Shown here: one piece after another, positions 25,311 to 39,658 of the stretch
Position numbering within the stretch: the first letter of the stretch is position 1
How the letters are laid out: the number at the start of each line of letters is the position of its first letter
Assembly (NCBI GenBank): GCA_002633005.1
Contig: NMRA01000105.1
Location: 722,010 to 786,009, forward strand
DNA length: 64,000 bases
DNA from: Phoronis australis
Taxonomy: Eukaryota > Animalia > Phoronida
Direction: 5' to 3'
Position numbers and translations under genes: made by a program
Notes under the pieces: model-generated
The model's input: only the letters and a program-made list of their open reading frames with translations
Told to the model about the DNA's origin: nothing
Database searches by the model: none

Positions 25311-26330
25311 TCGACTTCTAGCCAGCTAAACAGGGTGAAAAGCAGCTTAAATGACAGTTAGGAATGTTGGAAGTTTACCAAATATATTCTTTGGCCGGGC
25401 AGATATCCTGCATTTATAATCAAATCGTAATGACCGTTCCCTTAGTAAGACTTTATAGGGATGAAACATTCCCGAAGTGACAAGTTGAGTTTCTGATTCC
25501 CACACAATTATTTGCACATGGTTGCGATCATGTTTGTTATCGAGTCACTCGTTGTGTTTGCTCAGTGAAATACAATGCAGAAACAAGTAGCCGGAAATTG
25601 ACATTACAAACTACAATGCATTTACATAGGCATTTTAATCGCTATTTTGATCGCTGTTTCATTCATCATTAAAACATAATCCCCACCTTAGTCATTATAT
25701 TCTTACCCGCCAAGAATGGTGGATTTTTAACAGACAGATGCTGAGTAAAGCCATTGACAATCCACACGAGAACAAAATCATTAATTGCAAACAGAGTGAC
25801 TAAATAAAACTTACTAGAAGGTACTCAAGGATAGCATTACAATGGTAATTAAACTTGAACTTTTCCATTAATTACTAGTTATTGTCAGTTCCACAATGGT
25901 ACATGCATAATTTACCATGCGTCTGTGCATTCAGGTCCGAAATTATGCATTTTCAAAGAAAATTGTTAACTCCAGTGCGTGTGCCTCAGTTTTGCCTGTA
26001 GGCAAAACTAGATGTCCCCTGTACAACTAACCACTTTGCTGTGAATACAGGCAGTCACATGCATTGTTCTTGACAAAAGCATATAATTTTGCCAATGTGA
26101 AAGATTTTACTGCAAATCGATTTGTGAGTGTATTTCCTAGTTTATAACTTAGCGGTAAAGTTTTTATTAGGAATTACTGGCGACACTCTAGTTCCATGAC
26201 TTGTCAAAAATTTTGATCTGATGTTTTCATAAAAGTATGAAAAAACAAATATGTCTAACTTATTAATTTATCAGACCTCAATAGTGTATAATGTATGGAT
26301 GGAAACTAAAGAAATATATCATTTATAGGT

Positions 26331-26568
26331 AACATTTTTAAGTCCAGTCAACATGCCACCTATGGCCACATAGAGCTACCTAATGAATTATAGTCTGAAA
26401 AAGATTTCTGGCCAAACTAGGACTCAAACCCAGCACCTTCTGCTAACCATGCTGAAGGTCCCACTTAACAGAAGGTGCGAGGGTTCGAGTCTTGGTGGGG
26501 CAGAAATTTTTTCAGACTTAAATTCATTAAGTCACGTAGGTAGTGCGCTGACCAGACTTAAAAATTTT
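26331..26568. mobile_element. Two tRNA-SINE halves in inverted, tail-out arrangement (family B)
   Basis: B-box GGTTCGAGTC on + at 26482 and GGTTTGAGTCC on - at ~26420-26430. Both halves end outward in the (c)cagacttaaaaa(t)gtt-type tail. Confidence 0.7.
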
Positions 26569-29500
26569 CCACATCAGAATTTCACATTAAACCATTTAAT
26601 TGACCGTCCTAGTAAAACCAGTGATAATACCAAAGTTTTGAACTGAAAAACAATCGTTGCACAGTGAATACAAGTATTTGTAGTATGTCTAGGCATGTTA
26701 CGAGCACCTATATCCTTCACAAGATTCTTCAGAATCTCTACATTCCACAAGCCAAATAGCTGCAGAGTACTAAAAATAGGGTATACATGCCTACATCTCA
26801 AGCATCACTTTCAGGCACGGTTCACACAGGCACACGCTCCTAATTCCAGATATAAGCAGTTTTAGATACAGGCGCATGGGTCTAAATATCTGCATATAGA
26901 GTGATGGAGGGCTCAAAATTCACCAGGAGGCGCAACTGAAGAACACGTCCAGTTTTTATGACCTAAACAGAGTGGTAGCAGAAAGCTCTTTGACCAGTGT
27001 AAAGCAAACCTTGTCTAGATACCAAATGATTCTTGTGCCAGAAGATCACATAATTATATAATACACCATCTGTGGTCGACAGGTAGGTATTAACTAGCAG
27101 ATATCACTTACAAGCACTAGTATTTCCAATAAAATAAAGTTCAAGTGATTTATGGGTTTCTAGAATTCTAATTCCATTACAATAAGAATGAATAAGCACA
27201 GCATTTTTGTACCATACAGGTCGAGAGATCACAAGCCGAAATCAGCTTGGCATTATCACATTAAGATTAGAAGCCCTCAAACATCGATAACTTAAAGCGG
27301 TGATAAACCAGTCGACCAACAAAAAAAATCTTGATTCAGAATCACTTACCTTATGAAATTGGTCTCAAATTGTTTGTTTGTTAAATTGGATATATTTCAG
27401 GGCTGTAAAAGAACTGACGGTTCGTGACGCCTCGAGAACGGGCGCCTCGTCACGGCGCATCATTTTATGCGCCGGTCACGGTCTCAAGTAATAATCAACT
27501 TCTCTTCTTTGTAAACTCAGGAATCGCTCCTCGTCTTGAGTGAGGAACAATTTGAAACCAGTGTAAGATTAGTAAGTGATCTAAATTAAACGGTCGATTC
27601 TCGGACGGAACACCGGGTTCATAGCTGCTTTAAGACGAAAACAACAGATTTATATTGATTGAATGGTGAAAAGGATAAAGCCACATCGCAGAGTAAGTTT
27701 ACTAGCTAGTTAGAATGTTTGATTTCCATTTCCATCAGTGCTGAGACTGCATTAAACCAGCCCTGTGTCAAACAAATAAGTTTGGATTTGGGCCACTTAC
27801 CATGATTATAAAACTGAATCCTGTGGCATTGCAAGATACAAGGTAACCGGTAACATACAGATAACGATATAAGATGGCACATTTTCACCAATTTTTTTGC
27901 TTCCTTTAAACTTTATCCACCCTTCTATGAGGAATATTTTATCAAAAATGACCCGGACTACTTATAAATGAGTAGGGTAGGTAGTCTAATGCTGAACTCC
28001 GATGGTCTTTTTCAGGGCCATTTCATTCACAGCGTTCTTCACAAAACTTGGTATTTTTCCAAAATAACTGTTTACTTTTTAACCGAGGATGAAAACTTTT
28101 AATTAAGGTGTGTGCATCATTATCAACTAGAGTAACCCTTGGTTGCCATCCTTCCTCCTACCCCTATCAAGTAAGGCATCACGCCATGCCCATGAGATCT
28201 TTTAATTTGTGTGCACTCCCACACACACAAACAAGTAATTTGTCTTAGGTGGTTTCATTGCTCTGTTATTGACACTGCTATTTTCATTCACTTGCTCATG
28301 TATCAGCTTCACTATTTACTGTGGAGGATAGACATGCGCCCTCCCAGTAATTTGAAGTGATCTGTACAAGCAACAGTCACGAATAAGCCATAAACTCCAA
28401 GCAGGGCTGCAAACACACGCAACTATAATTGAAAATCATGACAAAACCAGTTCCCGTGAAGACAGCTACTCACCCCTGAGAAGTTCCCGAAACGCGCCTC
28501 AGTCTAAACTTGCATAACCTGAAAACCATAAATGATTAATATCAAAATTACAACACAAAAACAAGACCTGCGACAGGATCATTAACACTATGTGCAGAAC
28601 AAACATCAAATAATCGCGTATTTCACAGCTGTGACCAGTGATCGAGCAAATTAACATTTAGTGTTGATTACCAGATCGATAACAAGGAAATCAAATAAGC
28701 CAGACTTCACTTACCTTTGGAAGGCTTTGGTCTTTTACCTGTTCATTTCAACAGAGACAAATGTTTCCATCTTTATCTTGGACGGAAACCGCGGTCAATT
28801 GGTGATGATAAGCGCAGTTTAAAAATTTCTGAAAACTTGTCTCGCGGACACTAAAAGCAATACACCTCAAGATCGAGAGGAGCCAGTGAATTTAAATTTT
28901 GTTCGAGATGCATTAGGTCCAATCACACACACCATAAAGAGTACTTTCATGAAGTCAAATAATTCCCCTATGCCACCAACAGAATATTTCGACCATAAAT
29001 TCAAAAGCAATGTCAGGTGTTTGTTATCACATGGAAGGATCTCTTTTTTTTACAAAATCATCATTTTCCATTAAAATTGTCGTATTTCAAAAAGAAATTT
29101 TAGCACAAAACTTGGAAATTCTGTTTGCCTACTTCATTACCTAAAAAACGTTACTTTCTGAAATTTTTAAGGCCTTTTAGAACGAGAACTCTGTTGTCAA
29201 AAATGAAGATGCCAACATTCCTTGAAAAAACGGAGGTTTTAAGTTTTGAAAGCTGAGCTCTCGGATTAAAATACCTTAAAAGAAAATCTCAAACACGCCT
29301 CGTAGTTAAAAAATAACAAAACAGAATTTGTTGGTTTTGTGCAAAAAATGTTTTTTGAGTAAAATACAGTGATCTGCGTGTGATCAAGGCTTTTATTAAA
29401 AAGTTGCATGAATGTAGCTCTAACCCCCCTTCTGTCCAAAAAGCAAACTTCTGATTTATACCACTTATTAATATAAGAGATGAGAAGTGACTTTTGCAGG

Positions 29501-31115
29501 GCATGAAATGACCAATGACGAAAAAGAGGATAATTTTTCAGGTGGTGTATAGCTCCACTTCTGTGATAGGAATATTTTTTGTGTTGTAAACTTGAACTGA
29601 AATAAACGTTTTTGTATGAATAAAGTCAAGAAAATGATAAAAAAGAAAAAGAAAGAGGAAACTGGAAATCAAATAAAAGGAAATCAAAACCAAAAAAGAG
29701 AAAATCCTTTTAGAAGAGGAAAATTCCAAGCCCTGTTTTGGAAAGAACTGACAGTCTGCTTTTCCTTGAGACCACAATAAGTGCAAAAATGACATGCCAC
29801 GACAAGCCAACTTGTGGAGCCTAAACACCTACAGTTTGACAAAGGGAAAATTTGAGACCTATTTCACAATGATAGCTTAACTCAATCAAAAGTTGATTTG
29901 GTGATGAAAGGGGGGTTTATAACCACTTTGGAAATTCTATCCTTGGCAACACTGAGGTAACCTATTATGTCCGTTTTTGGGCATAACACGAGGATAAAAC
30001 TGATGATCAAGATTTTATAAAATCCATTGTATTACCTGTAACACGTCACATATTGGCATGACTTGACCGATTATTAACGACATTTCGATCTATAACAAAA
30101 ATTCATTTCAGAACAAATTTCATTCTGGGAAAATCTCTTAGGAATAGCCAGTGCATGCTTCAATATTTATTGATTTTGTATGGAAGATTACTTTCTCTGA
30201 GGCGAGTTTCGATCGAATCCTTCTGGGCAGTATTACTTAAGTAACTCGCACATTCATCTGGAAGCAATCAAATTTTTGTTGACAACACTTACATTTTAAT
30301 CAAAGTAGATTGTGCGTCTAATTCAGAAAAATAACTTTTTAAGCAACACACATGACTTATGATTCAATTCCCACTGTTGCGATACCCATGCTTCTATACA
30401 GTCACGCGTTATAGATACGCACAAGTCGATGGCGTGATTTCAACAGTTGTTCTCAAACCAACAAAATAGCGTAGCCGTGTTAAATACATAACCTGTTAAC
30501 ACCTGTTTAACGAGCTGTTACAAATGGCATTGGCACCTGCAAACCATGAAAACTCTGACACACACCTTACTGCGGGCATTTAAGTGCAGTACGTCTGCTC
30601 CATACACTGTCTCAAAAGTCAATGTAACCGGCAGGAACTGACCTTCCTCCAATAAGACACCAACAATTACAGGGCTGTCAACCCATCAACTGCATATCTT
30701 TTATTTCATGATAAAAATCTGTATTTTTCAAGTGAAAACTTGTATGATTACCAACATTTTCATAAAGTATAAACTTTAAGTGGAAGATGATGTGATACAC
30801 TACAAAAAACAATTTTCAATTTCAAATTGTGTCTAACCTAAAAAGCAACATTATGTATAATACTACCGAGGCCGTGTCAAATTTCGAGGTCTATGTGAAG
30901 TTAACTAACAGTGGTTCCTAGCTGTATTTTGACATCAGTCTTCACACAGCTAGCTGCCTGGCTAACTTTAGCCCAGCTCATCATTTTCTCAGATTATGCA
31001 GCAATATGGCCCAAGTAATACATACTATTAATTTAGAAAAACACTCATTAAAAATCTTCGAAAATTGTCAGAATTAGAAACTGAGAGACAACTATGTAAC
31101 ATACGACTGACTTAC

Positions 31116-31244
31116 TATAACCAACAGTAGCGACACCTGGATCATCAATGTCCACCTGATAGCTGTTACGGATTGACTGGAAATCTTCCTTCATCGGATC
31201 CCAGTCATTCAGAGAAGGGGCAACATCAGGACTCTTGGGTGATT
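31116..31244 (-). CDS. Multi-Tudor gene, coding exon 11 (WDPM motif)
   Basis: ttttgcAG|..ESPKSPDVAPSLNDWDPMKEDFQSIRNSYQVDIDDPGVATVGY..|GTAAGT. Phase 1-1, compatible with exon 38387-38517. Confidence 0.8.
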
Positions 31245-31286
31245 CTGCAAAACGAAAGGATGATCACATCACCAACACTGATTCTA

Positions 31287-31400
31287 TTAGTAATAACTAG
31301 TACTAACTAGTAATAGTTAGAACTACTAGTAATTTTAGAACTACTAGTAATTTTAGAACTACTAGTAATGGCTAGAAATAACTAGTAATAGCTAGAAATA
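31287..31400. repeat. Degenerate ~17-bp minisatellite (tagaactactagtaatt)
   Basis: Direct inspection. Confidence 0.85.
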
Positions 31401-34400
31401 AATACATTTATTGTCTCAACAATCATAGACAGTGATCTTGGCCAAGACAAAAATTTGAATACTCCAATGAGTGGTATTACACTGCTGATCAAACCAAATA
31501 TACTTGACTACCAAAATGTTTTGGCATGCCACATTGTTTATTATTACAGCTGACACGCCTGTTGCTCAGATGCTGAACGAAAATGCGTAACGTTGTACTC
31601 ATTTTCCGGGAAAACACAAGCCTTGGCATACACTCAAAGGTCATGCAGAGGGGATGAAGGTAGGCTTAAATGGCCGGAAACTTGATGATTAACATTTAAT
31701 ATGGATACCTCGTTATCTTGGAATTACATTGTTCTGTGTTGATTACTGCTCTAATGGCGTGAATCTACTATCCATGTGATAACAGAAAGTGATGTAAACT
31801 GGTCTGACAAGATCCCACGTCTTAGTTCTGCTTTCTCTTCCATTGAGCAAACACAATATCCCAATCCCAATTGAACAGTGGTGTGCAGGCCATTTTTGTT
31901 TGTTCAATGGAAGTAAATACAGAACCAATATGAAGGCTTTTTGTTGGACCGTTTGGTTTGCTTTTTATTGTTTCACCAATAGTACATACTCACCAAAGGA
32001 ACAATAGTTTACACCAAAATGTCTCTGCAAAATAACCGGAGATCTGCCTTTTTACTGGGCGGCATCAAAAATAATTGATTTCGCCTTTACAGAGTTTCAA
32101 AACACCACCCCTACCATAGTTACCATGATAACAAAGTCCTACAAGTGCAAAGAGAATATGGCAGAACTCCCATGCAAGTGTACAACAGTCAGGGCATATG
32201 GAGTCACGCAAATTACAAACGACCCTGGGGGGGAGAAATTAAATGTAAAATTAAATTATAATTTCACTTTAGACTTGTTTATTATGTGTATTGCGGGGAA
32301 TACTTCAGCTGATTGTGACCTCTGCCACATGATTTCATATCTGAGAAGCTCCATCCTTGTTCACTCACTGTAAATCACTGTAAATGTCCCAGTCTCATTG
32401 AAAATCTATATTATTTCTGCTTTTGATGGCAGCGAACGGAGGATAATCGGTGAGTTTGTTTTTACCCACATTCTGATAGGAAGGAAGTATAACTTAATTG
32501 GAGCTATAATCACATGCCGTCTGTATGACTTTACCATTGGTGGAGGTAATGTGCCATAACAGTGGTCCAACCACAATTTTCACAGGAAAAATGTCAATGG
32601 GCCTACCAAACAGTATGAAGGCGACGTTTTTTTATTATTGCCATAGGGAGGGGAAAGAGTCCCCTAGATTCCCCCTTCATCAGCCTATATCCATATACAC
32701 AAGCATAAAGTATTCCTACCATTTCAGAATTTTGTAACGAAGCAAAGGAAAGAACAAGAAGTACTCGCTATGCCGTAAATTTGGGCCAATCAGGGTCCCA
32801 AAACAAAACAGTACTGCAAATGTGTTGCCACACTTTTCTCATAATGCCATACACAGCTTAGGTTTCTTTTTAGCTAACCATTCATTATATTACGAAAGAA
32901 ATTCCTCAGTTCTAATCTAAAATTAAAATGATGAAATTGTTTAAATCATACTTTTTTATGTCTATTGCAGTAATTTTGCATGTGATTTCCCCTGGTGTTT
33001 CCAAGTGGCATAACAACAATTCTCCAATTAACAACGAGTTGTGCAAAACACCACATCACCCGGAGGGTAACTGTCAGTATGAACAATTTAACAAGTTCAA
33101 AAACATAAAGAAAAAAGTCCAACGGCATATCTTTTGCTCAGCAAAATTCAAAACAAGTACATTTTTTATCAATACTTGGAAAACTCATGAAGCTCATAAA
33201 GTTTTAATTGGCCTCCAATGTTTACATTTATCACCTCGTTTCTAGGAACTGATTGACGAGTTCCATGGTAGATCAGTAGAAGGCACAGTTAGGTGATCAC
33301 CCAAATCAGTTTCACTAAAATGTTTAATGCCTTTTATTTATAGCTGATAAAAATCAAATTAGTTGATAAAACCTCATGTCAGTAGTAATAAATGCGACAG
33401 ACACTCAATTTCCGATAAAAAATTGCTTGTGAAATTAAAAATTAAGTTATGTAATGCCATCAGAATGAGTATTATCTTTGCAAATTTTCCCTTCTAAAAG
33501 CTCAAAAAATGATCATTCCGCAGAAAAATCTCCAGTCACGCAATAGGAGCTAAATAAATGCTTCATAGCATACGCGAGGCCTAGCTGTGCACAGAGGTTG
33601 TTCTTCGTGTGTCACGTGTCACGCATTGGCTAATGTAGCATCTATGGAGCATGCACTGAGTAAACGAGCCTGTGTAACTAAAAGTAATGTTGACAAGAGT
33701 CACCTGGTGACCAATGGAGAGACCAATTTACGCATGTGGTGTTCTGCACAACATATAATGGACAAACTCTATTCAAAGTCACTAACTGTGGAATTTTAAC
33801 GTAAGGTAGAGATTTGAAAAGACAAGTATTTACTCACAACTTTATTCTTTCAAGTTCAGTTGGGAAGAACCTATTCAATTTTGTGGTGTGAAATTACAAA
33901 TTGTTCCTGCCTTGTGCTAAGTCATAAAACGAACACAATGTTGCGTGGTGCTGCTCAGCATCATATTGGAATCAGCGCCATATTGGGACATTCTAATACA
34001 GTCCAGAACCGTATTGGAATTTCGGTTTGGGCGGACTGTATCGGAATTAATGTAACTTTGTTGATTGATTTCTGAGCGTCTTAATAACTTCACGTAAATG
34101 ATTAGGATAAATATAGTTACCTAACGACTGTAACTTTGTGAAACTTTAAGACGCTTTAAATTGTGCTTATATTTGAATCTTTAATTTTTAGTCTCAGCAA
34201 CATGCAGCTGGATCTCATTCTAAAATGGCCGACGGATTCTTGTAAGGTCCAGACAACTGTTTTGTGTAGCTTATCAAAAACTGCAACAACATACAACTAA
34301 ATTAGTTTTCTAAATTTCAAAGTAATTTAATCAACCAGCATTAAAGTGACGTGTAAACTGCTTTGCATAGACGATTACTGTCATCAGCAACATGACTGTT

Positions 34401-34537
34401 AATTCCAATACGGCGCATGTGCACTGTGACATACTGGAATGACCTAATTATTCTAATACAGCGCAAAGTCAGATTCCATTTGGAGCAGTGCCTTCAACAA
34501 TGTTTAGGTAGCTTTTCTGAGATCACACTTGTATAAT

Positions 34538-34673
34538 GCCAGATATTGTTTGTATCACCACCACATTGATAGCCAGATATTGTTTGTATCACCACCACAT
34601 TGATAGCCAGATATTGTTTGTATCACCACCACATTGATAGCCAGATATTGTTTGTATCACCACCACATTGATA
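34538..34673. repeat. Perfect 34-bp tandem repeat x4
   Basis: gccagatattgtttgtatcaccaccacattgata at 34538, 34572, 34606 and 34640, with no spacers. Confidence 0.97.
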
Positions 34674-36282
34674 CACACAAGCAAAATGGCTGCCAGTAGA
34701 AGGTGATTGGACAACTACTCGTATCGTGAATTAATGATGGAGGGGAAAATCCCACCCCAATTACCAACTAAGTCTACGGCACCACCCGATCGCCCCCTCT
34801 ACATTATTGGTATCAGCAATCCCTCAGGTAGCCAAAACTGGCATTTTGCCAAAGTGAACCTAATCTTGAGAGAATTTTTTATCACGGATGGGAATTTTGG
34901 AGTTGATGGGGACTCCCGTGATTTTTAAAATTCTTCACAGATCAAGTTAACTGTATGTTAACACCCACAATGCTCTGTATAAACCATTGGGCATAGAAAA
35001 CGAAATGCAAAACCTCTCCCTTGCCAGCGACGTTTCCTTTGACCTCGCGCACATACTGACTTTCATCAATTATCCCCATTGCTAGTGAGAAGGTACAATA
35101 TTGAGCACGTTGAGTTTGTCGACACTGGTTACAAACCACACAGCTGCCCAGATGTACTGGAATATCGTTTCCGGGTTGTTGTTCTTTTCCGTGTTCAAAA
35201 GTTTGTGCGTATCTGTCTTAAATATGGAAAACTCTTACTTTAAAATTTAATTTTTGAAGCACAAAAATTGGCCCACGAATAATGAAGTTACAGCATTTCA
35301 ATGTGTCTGTGGAAAACAATTTCTGCAGAAAGACGCTGTTCTGAAACAGACAGCATTTTAAGGGCTACTGCTGATGTAATTGTTATAGCTTGAGCCCATC
35401 ATCAGATGGCGCTGTTACATAACCAGACTGACACGACAACTGTCTCATGTACATTTTGAGCTTCACTATCCTGCCTAATGCTTGTAAGCCTGGAAATTAT
35501 GAATTTATTTTTGCCACGGCGTTGCTATGCCAACGTGCCACTGTTAGTGCTGATATAGAATATACCTGGTTGAGGCAGGTGGTGGCACTTACAAGGAAAT
35601 ACTGATCAACAGCCTGATAGACCAAGCAAACGTTACCGGCTGAACATCCACACTGGCTTGCACTTGTATTAATTAATTAAGTGTGTAAGCAATCCCACTA
35701 TGCCTATATCAATCTCATTAAGTCAAATTATTTCCCAGGGAGTCTAGGCGATAAAACCCTACAGTCTGGATGATACAATTAAGCAAAGCAGCTTAAGAAC
35801 ATATATATTAAAAAAAAACAATTTCAATATTTTGTAATACTTCTACTATGGTGGTTTTAGAGTGATCATCAACAATGTTATGATCATTTATGAAGTCCTA
35901 ATTGATATTAAACTCAGGGGGAGAGTTCAGACGCATTTTGGCGCAGATGTTCTATGCTACTTTATGTTTGATCAAAAATTACTTTGAGCATGCAAGTTAT
36001 TCAAAACAAGAGCAACACAGAGCATTGAAATGCACCCACCTGAGCAACATCGACAGTGTGCTTCCAGGGTTGTGGTTTATTATAAGAGTCAAAAAATAAA
36101 CACTAAGTGGAACACATTTACCAATTTTTATAATAATTCTTAGGGTGGTTTGACCGATAGAGAGATGGCAACTAAAAACAGACTCAACAATAAAAGCGGC
36201 CACTAGTAAGAGTACACTATGTCAACTCCAAATGAGAAGGTGACATTGCCCTTCCAACAGAAATCTATTTGCCACATTTCAT

Positions 36283-37327
36283 AACAAGAGCAACGCAGAG
36301 CGTTGAAATGCGCCCACAATTGCACCGTATACGGTATCCTTCTAGGGTTGTTTATTGGTACCATAAAGTGGCCAGTAGAGGGCATATATGTAGTATGTTG
36401 TACTTTGCAAAATGGAAAGGCATGGTCATTATCTCCTCAATAGGCTAGGGGCAAAATGTGAGTGATCTTCATAATACAAGCACATCTCATACATCAGTTG
36501 CTTAAAGCACCACAGAAACATAGAATTAAAAACAAATTTACCAACATACGAGATTAGCACAGCATTAGAATGCCAGAAACAAATTTCTACTTGGAACTTT
36601 TCCTTCATAGTCACGAAGTAACACAAAGTATACACCTGAAGACCTATGAAAATACAGAGGTCAATGTAAAATACTTAAATTGCCACTAGAGGCATACCGG
36701 TAGTCAGAATCATCCTAAAGTCGTCATCGTCCGTTGTCAACATCACATAAATACACTTGTTAAATTTAGTAAAGATCCTGCAAACGGTTTGGGAGATACA
36801 GCCATGGGGCAAAAAAACTGCCACTAGGAGGCGCCACAGTAATCAAAGTCATGGGAAATTCGGCGTCAACCGTCCTCTTCATAGTAAGAACATACATGCC
36901 AATTTTCACAATCATACTTAGAGTGGTTTGGTTGATAGAGGGGTGGACGCCAAAAAACAGACTCAAAAACAGTAAAAATGGCCACTGGGTGTCGCAAACT
37001 AGGTCGAATCCATCCGAAAACGGGAGGATAGCGTCATCTCACTAATAGGTGCCTACATACCAAATTTCATGAAAATCCATTCAGGACTTTTGAAGATACA
37101 AAGGTAAGCGTAAAAAACTAAAATTGCCACTAGGGGGCACACCGGTAGTCAGATCTGTCCGAAAGTTCGCACATGCCGTCCCATTCATGAATGGAACATA
37201 TGTGCCAAATTTCATGAACGTATGTCAAAGGGTTTTGGAGATAGAGCAGCGGACGCCGCCCGGACGGACGGACGGACGGAGATGACGGCATAATGCGTCC
37301 ACATATAAATATGTGGGCGCATAAAAA
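36283..37327 (+). mobile_element. Non-autonomous Helentron-type element (HINE-like), nested in an older copy spanning ~36003-37850
   Basis: Starts aacaagagcaac. SubTIR ATGCGCCCACA vs TGTGGGCGCAT. Central degenerate tandem units, (GGAC)n microsatellite, terminal hairpin atgcgtccacatat-aa-atatgtgggcgcat, inserted in an A-run. Confidence 0.75.
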
Positions 37328-38386
37328 TCCATCAAGGAACTCGAAAGATACAGACTGAGGAAAACAGAAAAAAAAATGCTGATGCTTGATTGTCCCCACC
37401 AGAGGCCACAGCAGTAGTCGGATCCGTCTGTAGGTCCTTGTCATTCGTTTGCCGCCTTCATACAAGCACACTTGCCGTAATTTAACAAAAATTGTGAAGA
37501 GAATTTTAGGTGATACAGCCATGACCGAAAAGAATAAAACTGCCACTAAGAGGTGTCTAAGTAGTCAGCGCCTTTCAAGAGTCATCGTCAGCCATTATCT
37601 TCTCAATAGAAACACAATGCTTCATCCTTACAGTGGTTTGGCCAATACTGGGGCGGTAGGCAAAAAAATGGATGGAAAAACAGTAAAAATTCGCACTAGG
37701 TGGCGCAAAGTATGTTGAATTCATTCGAAAACTTTGAGGTGGCGCCATCTTCCTAATAGATACACGTTTTCCTAAATTCATGAAAATCCAAAGATACAGA
37801 GGCAAAGTTAATGTAAAAAACTAAGATAGCCACAAGGGGGCACAAATATCGAACACTGTGAACAAAACCACGCGAGGAAAACCGTCATTTTACCAGTCAC
37901 ACAAATGTGCATATTAGAGTAATCCACATTGGCAACAAACAATTCACTGCCAACTAGAAGCTCATGTCTGCATACAGGCTGAACAGGACAAGACCCATCA
38001 ACTGTCTCCCCACAATAAACATTATTACATCATGACACAAAAACGGAAAGGAATGAAACTGAATGCATTCTGAATTCCGTTTCTGCCCGTGACACAAGGG
38101 TTTTTCAAGTACACTCACTCGGTGCGTACCACTGGCAGTAAAACCTGTTGTTTTGGTTATTTTACAACAAATTGCCAATTCTTACCATTGTCAGACATTT
38201 GTCGAAATCAAAACTGCTTATCAGTTAAACACGCTTCAATACCATTTATCGAGTTGGATTTAGTTCAGCCAGCAGAGCATTTCAATACGACCACAAAGAT
38301 TCCAGATTCCATTCCTCACCAGGGGTTGATCTCAAAAACAGATTTTACATGCCAATAATTTCATTTTAATAACGCTCAAGACATAC

Positions 38387-38517
38387 CTTGTTTAGTGCCG
38401 ACATTGGCAAGTTTCGACCTGGCCAAGCCCAGTGCCACTAGTTCCCTGTTGACCCACACGTCTGCCTCTCCAGTAGTGTCAACCAGTATCACTTGCAACT
38501 GACTCTTTCCCGGTGTT
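38387..38517 (-). CDS. Multi-Tudor gene, coding exon 10 (end of second extended Tudor SN-like fold)
   Basis: TPGKSQLQVILVDTTGEADVWVNRELVALGLAR matches the eTudor L-x-DT...VN-x-x-LV-x-x-GLA signature. AG/GT junctions, phase 2-1. Confidence 0.9.
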
Positions 38518-38989
38518 CTAGACGAAAATGAAATTGCACCGTTACAAAACGATTGAGGCACTATGCACGTCGTATTTTCCTCCAGCACGGATGCAAATTA
38601 GTTCAATTCGAGAGGAATCGTACAGCGCAAGTCGTAAGTATTCAGACAAAATGACCTGGACTACCCCCATCATGACTGACGGGCAAAAGCTGAATTCATG
38701 GTCAGAGTAGTCTCCCCTGGTGACCGAGAATGAAGGGGAAGTAACAGAGAAGTTAATAAGGTGGGTAAGCTATTCTGTGATTCGAATTTTGATATCTCGA
38801 TAATTCATTTTTGCTGTTAACAGAATTGGCCATTGTGACAGTAAAAAAGCAGTTTGTCTGATTACTTTCGTCTTGTAATGTGGACATTCCTAAGTTACGG
38901 CATGTTAAAACTTGTTTCGATCAAAAGCTACTATTCATACCATACTTCTGGCAAAAGTAAACCAAAAATGCATGAAGGAAAAATAGGGC

Positions 38990-39125
38990 AGAGTAAATGT
39001 GAGAGAGTACCTCAACATTCCCTCTACTAATTCCACAGAGGACTTCCATTTCTGAAAAAATTCCGTCCTGACGGGATTCGAAACTGCAAGAAATTCAACT
39101 GCCTCAGTTAAAGTCAGCTCGCCAG
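38990..39125 (-). mobile_element. tRNA-derived SINE fragment
   Basis: Minus-strand B-box-like GTTTCGAATCCCG followed by gaattttttcagaa, as in the other SINE heads in the window. Confidence 0.45.
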
Positions 39126-39658
39126 AAATTGTGACAGCATACGACAAAATGCAGCTTTTATCAACAAATTGGTACTTATGGCGAGTGTATCTATTGAGGT
39201 GGTTCATCAAAATTAAAAGGTAACCTTGCGTAAGACTCAATTACAGTGTACTTGCTGTGTAACAAATTGTTATAGTTTGAAGACGTTTCCACAAACATTT
39301 TTAAGTCTGGTAAGCATGCCACCTGTTGGCCACATCACGTGGCCCAATAAGAATATTAATTTTGAAAAGATTTCTGCCCCGACCAGAACTTCTTCAGTAT
39401 GTTTAACAGAGGAGTATGTATCATTCCGCCTTTGCCATGAGAGGCTGGTATTGGTTAGGACTTCCAATGAAGTACATCAACGATTGCATTGGAGGTGGTA
39501 GGAAATAAAGTTATTGATCTGATTGGCCCTCATTTAATACATTAAACCTGATTATACAACATGACATTGAAATAATAGCACCTGCTGAATGTATCCAAGA
39601 CAACTTATCAGCCATCTCATAATTAGCCCAGAAATAAACTGGAAGATTTGTCTAAAAA

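Noticed and set aside
34538-34673. 34-bp repeat of CRISPR-like unit length
   Set aside because: Units are contiguous with no spacers, there are no cas genes, and the context is eukaryotic: a minisatellite.
34940-35212. Possible extra Tudor-gene exon
   Set aside because: The phase-compatible frame hits a stop and shows no domain similarity. Exons 10 and 11 join in phase without it.
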